Below, in pieces: positions 12,671 to 38,819 of a DNA stretch of 64,000 bases (its first letter is position 1; each line of letters starts with the position of its first letter). The notes below the pieces were generated by a model. That model worked only from the letters and a program-made list of their open reading frames with translations. It did no database searches and was not told the DNA's origin. Origin of the DNA: Tubiluchus corallicola (lineage: Eukaryota; Animalia; Priapulida); assembly GCA_030141605.1 (NCBI GenBank), contig JAQGDQ010000539.1, positions 84,355-148,354 of the forward strand, written 5' to 3'. A program made the position numbers and the translations under genes.

Positions 12671-13860
12671 AATTCTGTAAGCCTGGGTGCACTAAACACA
12701 AAGCATATGAATAATGTGTTTACATGTGTTTCTGCATTACCATCTTGCTCAGCAAATTAACAGTTAAGTTAATCATTGTTTAACGTAAACACATAATTTT
12801 ATTAATTTAAAACTTTTTTTGATAAATTTGATATCCAGATATCCTTATGCTGCTGAGGCAGTATTTATTACAATAAACTTTAAATTAACAACTACTAGGC
12901 CTATAATTAAAATAACTACTATGACCAATTCTATTGCAGAAACAACAAATTTTTTCACATTTATTCATTGTTTCACGAATATTTACTTCATAATTGTGTA
13001 CTGTCAAGATTTTAATCGATAGATCAGTAAAAATGCATTATACATTGCACCACACGAGTGCTGGTGAGCTACTAAAAACTGAATTGTTGTATCCATAGAT
13101 ATATATTATCTTTGTTATCCACGGTTCTATCAAGCATCACCTTTTGTATTACACAAAAAAAATCATTTTGTGAGAGAAAAACAACCCGCCAAAATAAAAC
13201 ACAAAATCAGGAAGGTTCATACCGCAATAAAATAATGTTTGCACAATGTACATTAACAGTTCTATTTCATAATTTCAAATGTGTCATTGGTTCAACGTTT
13301 AGACTAATTAAAAAAATAGAAATGGGTATAATATTGGGAAATAAAAGTTAATTTCTGCCTTACTTATGTTACTTTTTTAATTATTTGCATCCTGGTGTTC
13401 ACTTTTTGGAAGGAGACTCTCTGCCTATATTCCTACTTGAAATACTTCTTATTTTTTGTGAATAAGAAACAGCTCTGAACTGTTTACCAACAGGATTCAT
13501 CATTCATATGCATGCGTAAACATGGCTCATTTATGTTCCACATGCAAATGAAACGAGTTTCTCAAAAAAGTTTCATGTGCGATACGGAAATTCAACATCG
13601 TGATTTCACATGCCTTCAACTGACCCCCTCCCACAATAGGTTTAACAAACCGAGTAAATTGTGCATTAGCTTCAACTAGCATACACATGAAACCCACTAA
13701 ATACTGACTATGGTCATCATGTGAGCATGTAACTGAATTTCACATGCAGCAACTGCTAGCAGTGTATGTTTCACAAGAGCTAAACACAAACCCACACACA
13801 CACGCGCACTCAAACGCACACGCAAAACGCACGCACGTACGCACACAGGAAGAAGCAAAG

Positions 13861-14121
13861 TTAGGGAAACCGCAGCTTGCATTGTTCCCAAGACATTGAC
13901 ATTCCCTCTCTACGTTTCACAGCTTCACTGCATAGCACACAAGGAAATTTAGGTGCACAAGACCCAGGATTACTGTGAACATCACTACTAAATAATTGCA
14001 GAATAGCTAAGAAAGCATGTGGTATTGAAACACTGCGCAAGTGCCGAGTCTTACCTAAACATTGGAAATGATTCATACCCAAAGACGGTATGTACTTAAT
14101 GTATGCAGAATTTACAAGCAA
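13861..14121 (-). mobile_element. 5' remnant of a CR1/L2-type LINE ORF: 2A-like motif followed by a decayed PHD finger
   Basis: Translation LAILQLFSSDVHSNPGSCAPKFPCVLCSEAVK...EQCKLRF resembles the LLxxGDVExNPGP plus CxxC PHD start known from APE-type non-LTR elements. Confidence 0.6.
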
Positions 14122-14329
14122 ATAACATGGTTTAACATAATTTTACCACGTGCACCTGAAAATACTTCCTAAGAAAATGATGGCAGAAATAAATAACTGA
14201 TTTGGTAGAAAAATCCTGAATATTTACAGTATATTTACAGTAACCAACACTAAAATCATAAAGCAGAGAGAGTCTACCATTAAACTAACTGTACCCAGGG
14301 CTACCAAGGCCCGGAATCTACTCACGCAA

Positions 14330-16917
14330 TTTATTCTTCAAAGTCTCGTTCCACCTATTGTGGAATTGAGGCATCAATATTTATTAGAGTATTCAACCCA
14401 CTTCTATCTGCAGCTAACAGCGTGAGTTTTTCTACTCCTAAAGATACATTTAGTTGAAATTGTTGAACATTTATTTGTCTTAGCAATCCAAGTTGCTTTA
14501 TGTTTGCCAGGTGGTTTTTTGCAAGGTTTTAAGGCTTCCTATAAGGCGATTCTTTCTGGTGCTTCATTTGGTAATCTTAAAAGATGTCCTAGCCATTTTA
14601 ATCTTCGGATTTTGACTTTTGAACTCCAAGAAATTCCTTTCGTTCTGGTGTATAAATCTTCATTTTTGATTATGTATGGTCATCTTATCTTTAACACTTT
14701 CCTTAGGAGACTTCCATGAAATGTGTGAATCTGCTTTTCTTGAGTAATCGTTAAACACCAAAGCAGGATAGGAGAGGTCCAGAATATGTTGAGGAAGGTT
14801 ACAAACAGTGGTTTCGTAATCATCATCATCATTTGGAGGAGTTGGATCTTAAGTGCGTTTGCTAGGTAGGGCCTGAAAATTACTTGACTAAGACAGTCCT
14901 CCTGGGGGACCCCAATATTCGTACTAAAAATTCCTCCTAAGGTGTTTCCAACTTTTACAATAAGTTTAACATTCTTTCGTAGAACTGTAATGATGTGTTA
15001 TTCATCTCGTTGTAGTATGGTTTGTAAGTCATCGAAGTGAATTCCGCTTTCTACAGTATCAAAGGCCTTGCTCATATCAAGTAACAAGACCTTGATTTGA
15101 TAAGAACTGGATGTGAATGCTTTTTGCTAGTATTTTTGCTGACATTACTAGTTCAGTGGTGCTTCTTCCCTCCCTATATGCAGCTTGACTTGGTGAAATG
15201 TTGTCATTTAATCTGTCATGTATGCGTCTGATCATACATATAGCCAAGATTTTCCTTAACTAACTCAGTAATATAATTGGTCTTAAATTTTCTGCTGGTC
15301 CTTTCTTTTTTTTAGGTTTTGGAATAGGCACTAATATCGCCTGCTTAACTTCTTTTGGATAGTTTCCTATTTCTCCAATAGTGTTTAATAAATTTGATAT
15401 TCCAATGCTAATGATCTTTGGCCTATGCTTTAGCTGTTCTGCTACAAGATTATCTATGCCTGGGCTGTTTCCATTCTTTAAGAATTTTATTACCTTTAAA
15501 ACCTCTTTGGGAACAAAAGGTGATTCCATTGCCATTGGTTTATTCTCAGAAATATTTTTTGCATTATTGTTGCTTTTTCAAAGCCCTTTCAAAAAAGGAG
15601 TAATGATTTCTGATGTTTCTAGTTCATTGGTAGTAACTCTATCATCAATTTCAACTAATATCCTGCTTTTTGGTTTCCTTCTATTGATTTTCCGGACTGC
15701 TTTATACATCCTATAGTGACTTTGCTGTTTTCAATTTCTGCAATATCTTCCAGTAACTTTTCTTCTTTGACCTGGCAGACCACATTTTCATAGTTCTTTT
15801 AGCTTCTGACTGTGTAACTTTTGCAATTTCTGTCTAAGCTCCATGTCTTTAGCTGCACTGTGCTTCAACCTGATTTCTTTCTGTTCAGCTGATAATTTGT
15901 CAACTTGTTCATTGACAAAGATTTTCTTTGCTCTGTTTGTAGAGCAACCCAAATCTTCCTTTGATGCCATTGCTCGTGTAAACTGGCTTGTGTAATTTCT
16001 TTGAAATGATGCTCAACTTTCTCTTGATGTTTTAATTTGTAGGACTGAAATTGCCTAGATATATTGTTCTTTACTAGGGTTGCCAACTGCCTCTTTACAT
16101 TGAATTTCGCAACAATTAGACTGTGGTCTGAGAACGTTTCAGTGCCACTGTATGATCTTGCATCATTTACACTAATCCTGTAGCTGCTTAACCATGATAG
16201 TCATATTGGTTCCTAATGGATTTTTGTTTATTTTTTCTATCTGGAGCCTCCCATGTAGTCCTATGAGCCATCTTATAGTCAAAAGTTGTATTAATGAATA
16301 TCAATTCATTTAGTTGTGCAAGATCTAAAAGATATTCTTCATTGCTTTTTACTTTCCCAAATTTGCCAATATTGTCTGGATAATAATTGTATCCTGAACC
16401 AGTTTTTGCATTAAAATCACGTGCTGCTATTAGAAAATCACGATTTGTATGTGTGTATGTGTGAATCGCGATCAATTACTGTCTGTATGAACTATGATAC
16501 TGTCTAAGTCACTGTAGAACTTTCATGTACCACACTTTTCTCACTTACAGGTAGGGCAGGTGCATCGGCAGATATAACTGAATATTCCTTGTCATCGATC
16601 TTTACTTTAAGCATACAAATCATTTCAGGGAACTCTTGAAATTTGGATTTGAACTCCTGTTTGACAATGATCCCAACACCACCATCTTTACTGTTATCGA
16701 TACCACCATAATAGAGATCATAGCTTTTCCCAGCTTTCAATTCAAGAGTAATTATTCCGTTTCTAATTACATGAGTTTCTTGAATTGACAGTACATATAA
16801 TTTATAAGATTCCATATCATCAGCTAGATGACTTTGTTTAATATCAGATTTAAGTCCTCTACAATTGAAGGTTCCAACTTTTAGATTCTCCTTACGCCAT
16901 CCCATTATTGCAGACAC
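14330..16917 (-). mobile_element. Degenerate RTE-like LINE (AP endonuclease + reverse transcriptase, frameshifted, internally deleted)
   Basis: APE motifs VGTFNCRGL, SIQETH, GGVGIIV, DFNAKTG. RT motifs SPGIDNL, PIPKP...NLRPIILLS, DMSKAFD (about 15060-15080), GVPQEDCLS (about 14890-14915). C-terminal RRLKWLGHLLR-like segment (about 14580-14610). Confidence 0.9.
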
Positions 16918-17642
16918 GATGAAAAGCGCTGAAAGATGTTATTTTTCAACGAGTTGTGCGTCTCTGATAACAGCCATGTTCACACAATTTATAACACAAC
17001 ATTTCACTTGCGATGTCGTGAAGCCGCCATTTTGAAAAGGAACCTTTAAATCGACCAACAGAAAATTATTTCCAAATGAAGATTCCTCTTGCGCCAGCCG
17101 AAATAATGATTTTTTTTCTAGATTGAACTGTTGATTTATGGTTTTTTGCCACCTAATTTTTACAAAACCCTTCCACCAAAAACAATAATTATAACCTGAA
17201 AATGATCTTACAATGGTTTTGTTTCGTTTTGACGTAAATAAATGATGGTTTTGTAATCACAACACTGGTGGCTATGATTCCCTAGAAACGTCCCAGGTGT
17301 GGTAGTTAGCTTTCGAAGTGTTTAATCTTGATTACTCACATGACTTACGTAGCTCGTTGCCTTTTCGTTAATGTTATTTGACTTTTATTGTGAATTAGTT
17401 CCTCAGGCCTCTTGTAAGACTGCGTGTGTCAACCATGTGTGACTGGGAGCTAACAACAAGATAAAATATATCAAAACTGAAATCATTTAGTGTGGACTTT
17501 TTATTTAATAAAGCAAATACCATTACATTTGTAATACAAATTGGATTCTTTCTAGATCAAATTAAACGTTAATTTTAAGTGAAACTTACGACTAAACGCC
17601 GATCTTACAAAAAACTCATATGCCAAAATGCAAAAATAAGAG

Positions 17643-18960
17643 AGATCATCATCTCATCATTTCGGGAGTCACACGTTCTCTGACATGACTCTTGCAATCA
17701 CTTTAGTCCATGGTGACCTGTCACCTGCAACCTCCCATGGCTCTGTATTTTTGATATCTAATCGTGTGTTGAGATCAAACAAAAGATTGCATCATCATCT
17801 CTGGAGTCATACGTCGTTTAACATGACCTCACTTTATTCCATGCTGTCCTGTCACCCGCAACCTCCCATGTCTATGTATTTTTGATATCTAATGGTGTGT
17901 TGATAAGATCCTTTTGGATGAAATTGATGTACGTCAGCAGCTGTTCTCCTTGTGGTTTCTTTTCTTTCTGCAGTGCTTCTTTGAAAGTTAACTTTAATGG
18001 ACTGTCATCTGGTACTCGTATAACATGTCCTATCCATCTTAATCTTCTCCTTTTGATTTTAATTGTCCATTCCTCTGCCTTAACTTTATTGTACAGATCC
18101 TCGTTTGATATTTGCTTTGGTCATTTTATTCCTAGAATGTTCCTGTAGTTTCTTCTTTGAAATGCATCAATTTCTGCTTCGTGTTGTGCTTTGATTGTCC
18201 ATAATTCTGAATTATAGAGAAACACAGTTTCCACAAGTGCAGCAAAGATTCTTAATTTTGTATCTAAACTGATTCTCTTACTTTCAAAAATTTTTGTTGA
18301 TTTGGAATATGCAGTTAGTGCTAAGATTTTTCTTCTTGATATGTTTTCATCTGTTACTAAAAGACTGCCTAAGTATTTGCATTTCCTCAATGAATCATCT
18401 CCATTCCTTTTTATGTGACACACTTCTGTTTTACCTTTATTTAGTGTAAGATCCATTTCTTTTAATTTTGCTTCTATTTTGATTTTGATATGATGATCTA
18501 TTTCACCTTTGGTTCTTGCTATCCATGCAATATCATCAGCATATTGCAGGTCTATGGTTGTAGGGAATTTCGTTTTATTAGCATAATTGTGTTCTAATTC
18601 TGTTCCGGATAGTAGCTTTTCTGGATCCAGATTTGTATAATTGTGGTCACAAAGTTTTTTTCTTGGTATACTGTTCCTGTCCATTAATGCTGTAGCAATA
18701 CAAAAAGTGAAGAGAACAGGACTTAGGTAGTCTCCTTCAGGTATTCCCTTATCCGTTGACAATGAATCACTCAGTCTACCTTCACATTTAACACCAATTA
18801 GAAGATCTTCCAATAATATTGATATCATATGAATTTTGTCAGGATTTCTTGTAAGTAGTGTAGCAGTGTCTTTCTTCTAACTGAGTCAAATGCTTTGGAC
18901 ATGTCCATGAATAATATATATATTGAATAATCTGCTGAAGAGATGGCCTTTTCTGCCATT
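17643..18960 (-). mobile_element. 5'-truncated RTE-like LINE (RT C-terminal half and 3' end)
   Basis: ORF 18121-18828 has GIPEGDYLSPVLF, LQYADD, KYLGS and LYNSELW. DMSKAFD lies near 18900, an RRLRWIGHVIR segment near 18020-18050 and a (GAT)n-like tail near 17645-17660. Confidence 0.9.
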
Positions 18961-19119
18961 ATATAGATTGCATCATACTAATAATATGTAGATTACATCA
19001 GAACATGGTGCCTTTTCCTTATGATAGCAGCAGTCTTTTCTCTGTGCAAAAATTGTCAACTAAATTTGTGTTAGTTTATTGGTTGGCTACAAAAGCAAGT
19101 TACATATCATATTGTCTAC

Positions 19120-19517
19120 TAGGGGTAAGTATTCTGCACCAGAAAGCGAATTCGAATCGAGTATTTGTGACTTTCGAATTCGAATCGAACCAAACTTCAA
19201 TATTTCAAATTCGAGTCAAATTCTAATTGAGTCTGAAAGATTTTCGAACAAGTTTTGGAACCACTAGTAATTACAAAGATCATGCATACTATCAAATTTG
19301 TTCTGTAGTGAAACCACTAGTCATTTGTTTAAAAATTGTGCAGAGAAATCACAACTAAATTATGCTAATTGCAAAATGATGTTTCAAACACTTTAATGAT
19401 AAAGAACATATGTGGTTAAAGTGCTGAATTATTCGAATATACAGTGTTAAGTTCGAACCGAATTCGAACTAAAAAAACTCGTTCCAATCGAATTCGAATA
19501 CTCGATGCTGATCCCTA
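19120..19517. mobile_element. hAT-like MITE with TTCGAA-rich subterminal repeats
   Basis: Termini TAGGG...CCCTA. Flanking 8-mers TTGTCTAC / TTGCCAAC (6/8) fit an aged 8-bp TSD. CGAATTCGAAT motifs occur at both ends. Confidence 0.7.
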
Positions 19518-19739
19518 TTGCCAACTGATAATCATCATCATCATCATCATGCCCATCATGTCTATTGTAGACATTAGGCAGGCAGAACGCTAAAATAAAT
19601 CTGCCCTCAGGGCAGCTTAAACAAACCAGTTAATCCAGCAAAAAACTATACATTGCTATGTCACTGGATTGTCAGCACCACTTCCGATTATCCAATAACA
19701 ATTGATCTTTCATTTTCACCACCCTTTCTTCATTGTCTA

Positions 19740-20084
19740 GGTCTGTATGCACTACTATTTAGAAGGACACGTGCTAATTTAATACAAGCTTTCAAAATCA
19801 TTAAAGGAATTGATGATGTGGATGTTGGAAACTTCTTCACTTTCAAGAGTCATGAGAGGATGATGCGAGGACATCAGTTACAACTGTACAGGAAAAGAGC
19901 AAGGCTGGATTTAAGGAAATATTTTTTCAGCAATAGGATAATTGATTTGTGGTATGCTTTACCTCAAAAGGCTATCGAAGCAGTTACAGTCAATCAGTTT
20001 AAAGGGGCTATCCAAAAGTATGTTAATGCCATTGAGGAACAAAATATATATTGGATTCATGAGAAACATGTCTGCAAACACTGA
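19740..20084 (+). mobile_element. CR1-clade LINE 3' fragment
   Basis: RRTRANLIQAFKII...RGHQLQL...RLDLRKYFFSNRIIDLWYALP is the typical CR1 ORF2 C-terminus. Confidence 0.85.
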
Positions 20085-20652
20085 ATCTTTCTACAGCATG
20101 ATACTTGTATCCTTAGTTATAGATTCCTAGTTTTTGCTCTACGTATGTGTATATAGTGTACATAACGTACCAAATCATTACCGGTTTTATTGTTACAGTG
20201 CAAACGCCACAAAGAAGTTTGTTTAGAGAATGAGCGTATGACATAACGCAGTACATGGGTTCCTTACACAATAACTACCAAATTGAAGTCTCAAAAATAG
20301 CCAAAATAATGGGGGTAGCTGCAAAGGTGAGTCTGTTTGAGACGTGTTCAATTCAGTTGAATTCTATTCGCATTTCTAATGAAGTGAGCTAAATAATATT
20401 CCAACCTGATCTGATTATTAAATTTTGTGGATCTCTGGGAGTGGGAACTGTACTTGGCGATCTAAGCAATAAACGAGAAGCGAAGCAAAAATATTTGTGG
20501 TGCCATCTATTATTAAAAATTTGATTTTTTCTTCTACTGTTTCCAGTTGCCAGTTGTAGTGTTCGTTTGCTGTTTGCCTCTTGCAGTTACTATTATGACC
20601 TTTTGCTTTTGAACGAATTTCTAAAAACCAGTTCAGTTGTTTTCACGGTATT

Positions 20653-35807
<15,155 letters not shown>

Positions 35808-37929
35808 TCAGTGCTGCGATTTACCATATAGCTACAGGGGAACAACATACTCAGTAGTGAAATATTCTCACATCAACAAGATAGATAGCATGGCATCTGT
35901 TACATAGTTTTGCACTTTGCATCGCTTCTCATAATAGAAAGAACTGTAAGCCGCGCGTTTAGTCATGAATGTAGAAAACCGGTTGTGAGTAGAAATATGC
36001 ATTGGTTAAGCCAATGGTAATCTTTACTTCAGATATTAAGACTACAGGCTCAAATTTTGTTTTTGCAGTAGTTAGACTAAAAATATGTATTTTGGTATTA
36101 ACTACATATAAAAACATACAATGTACAACTGTGTGGAATTCTGTGTGGATTTTAAAGTAATAACTTAGTGAAATATTGTGCTGCCTTATACACTTCTTTA
36201 GAGGCTATATCAAAACAGGTTATAAAAACTAGCCATAGCAACTGTGATTTTATAAACATGACTCTATGCAATTAACTTGTTTAGTTTCATTGACACTGTG
36301 TTTATTGCATGTATGTTCTGTGTAGTGTTCTATAAAGGGGTGTATGTTATTCTATCAGTTTTGATACATTTATAGTTTCCTCCAACTCGCCCCAGAAAAC
36401 TCTTTAGAAAAAGAAACAGGTTTTAAAGCCAACTTTACAAATAGCTAACAAAGTTAACCAGTATTTAGCAGTAACAGAAAATACTTGGCTATATGTGTGA
36501 ATTTTCTGACAAGGATAAATATGAAGATTTTGTGACAGTTTGCTGATGTTAATAAGATTTTATGGCAATAAGCTACATGCATTTTTCATACTGTTTGGCA
36601 TTGCATTGTTTGCTGAAATTGTAGCCGCCGAAGAATTATTTGCTTAAACAGATTGTTCTGCAGAGTTTTTATTATAATATGGTGATTTTGTTGTTATTGA
36701 TAGTTTGGTGTAACTAGCTGATTTTTGCTCAGAATGTAATTTTTGGTGATTTTCATGACTGTTGTGTTTTGAACATTGGTTCAATCATGTAAAGTACAAT
36801 ACAATTAGTTCATGTATTGTGTATTAAATTTCGGACGAGATTTGGATTTGCACCAATGTCTATTGTTAGATTTCACCAATGAAATATGAGCAACTTGCTT
36901 TTGTATCAGTTTTTGTGCTAATGTTAACGGCAAGCTTGCAGTAATACTTTAAGAGTTCTGTTTTATGAATCGCAACTAATTTTCATTGTTTAATAAAGAC
37001 GTAAAAATATTAAACTCAGGATGCTTTTTGGCCAGTTGTAATGTATTTAGTCTATTGTTTTGTAAACTGTTATTTTACAGCCATAGTTATAGTCAATCAA
37101 CTGTTCGCTGTTTTAATTCATAACCGGCCTATTCTAATACCACATTTACTTGTTGCTTATTAAAATTGTTGCACAAAATGTTTAAATCAAAGTAGAATAA
37201 CAAGCTATACTTCTTTCAACTTGTTGATCAAGAATCTTGATTGTTACATATGCCATGCTACATGCATTTAGTTTTAAAGCGCTACCAGAGACCGTTTTGA
37301 ACTTCCCTTATCATTAGCACATAATCCATTCGTAGTTTATTATAACATTGTTACTGGTATAGTGTTCAGTAATAATCATTTCAGCACCACCGTGTGATTG
37401 TTACATAGTTTTTCACAAAAAATAAAATAGATGTTGATTTAGATTTTTTCTTTTGTTTCATTCGCTGTTGAATTATAGTTCAGAAGATTTGCAGTACAAT
37501 AAATAAACTGTTAAAAATGTGCCAAAAGTGTAGAATTGTGTCAGGATCTGCTCTTGATATAAAAATGTTATCATTTATATTGTATATTAAGGCTGCCCAA
37601 CGGTGCCCCAGTGACATACTATAACTAGTGAGTATGTGACATTTGGGCACAAGATATTTGGGTACCATTAAAATTTAAAATTGTGCCTTTTTTTATTTTC
37701 CTTCATTAAATTTTTGATGTTACACTATCTTTTCAAAATATTTTTTAAGAATTGTCACTTCACTAAATTAAACTCATGTATTAAACACCTCGCTGACAGG
37801 TTTTCTCACTATAATGTGTAATCCAGCATCCTTGTTACAGGCATGTTCCAATTAGCATGATGATTAAATTTCAATGGACGATGTTGATAGTGTCTATCTA
37901 ATTTTGATTTAAATGAATTTACAGATGTT

Positions 37930-38815
37930 GGTGTTCTCACATCACAGGGCAATCTACTCTAGATCTCTAGCATGGTACAAGAAAAATAGTCGTATTTGTC
38001 AGTTTTGTGCGCAGTTCTTGATTTATGAAGAATAGGCCTGATCTTGCTGTGCGATGTACTTCTAATTTAACAGGACAATCATTATCACAGCTGTAAACTC
38101 CAGACACGTATTTGTCCAGTTCTGCCGGAATGCCAATTTTACCAATTTATCTAGCAAGATGCTTCTAGGTACTTCATCGAAAGCCTTTTCAAGGTCTATA
38201 AAGGCAATATAAAGTTTAATTTTCAGCTTCTGTGCATTTGAGATAATTAACAGTAGGGTAAAGACCTGGTCGACACATGACCTGCTTTTTTTAATTTTTG
38301 AAGGCTGTTTGTTCGCCTCGGTTGGGAAGCCGTAACTTCAGGCGATTTGTAATAATCCTGTCGTAGATGCTTACTAGTAGTGACAACATTTGTATGCCTC
38401 TGTAATTTTTAGGCAGCGATAGATCACCCTTTTTTCGTAGGGCTGTGAGGAAAGAAAAGTTGTATTTAGTGGGTACTTCATATAAAAGATTAGGTTTATT
38501 AAAACTAACAGTATTGGCTACAGCACATGATATGAACTTTTTAGTATGCTTACAGAAAAATTAAAACCACCTTTTTTCATTTTGTTCACTTCGTTGTCCA
38601 TTTCAATTAATGTAATTGGATCATTTAGGACAGGGTAGTACGGAAAAGTATTGTTCTGCACCAAATCAACAACTGAGTCTGCTTCTTTTAATGAGTATAG
38701 TTTACAGTAAAGTGATCAGCATGTTCAGCAGCACTTGGGCCGTTTGCAGATTTTATCTGCTTCATCTCACCCGACTAATTAATTGTTTCCCATAGGGCTT
38801 TATCTCCGTAATATC
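37930..38815 (-). mobile_element. Degenerate LINE reverse-transcriptase fragment
   Basis: Minus-strand motifs KKGDLSLPKNYRGI (about 38395-38435) and LYIAFIDLEKAFDEVPR (about 38165-38215), with several frameshifts. Confidence 0.75.
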
Positions 38816-38819
38816 TAGC

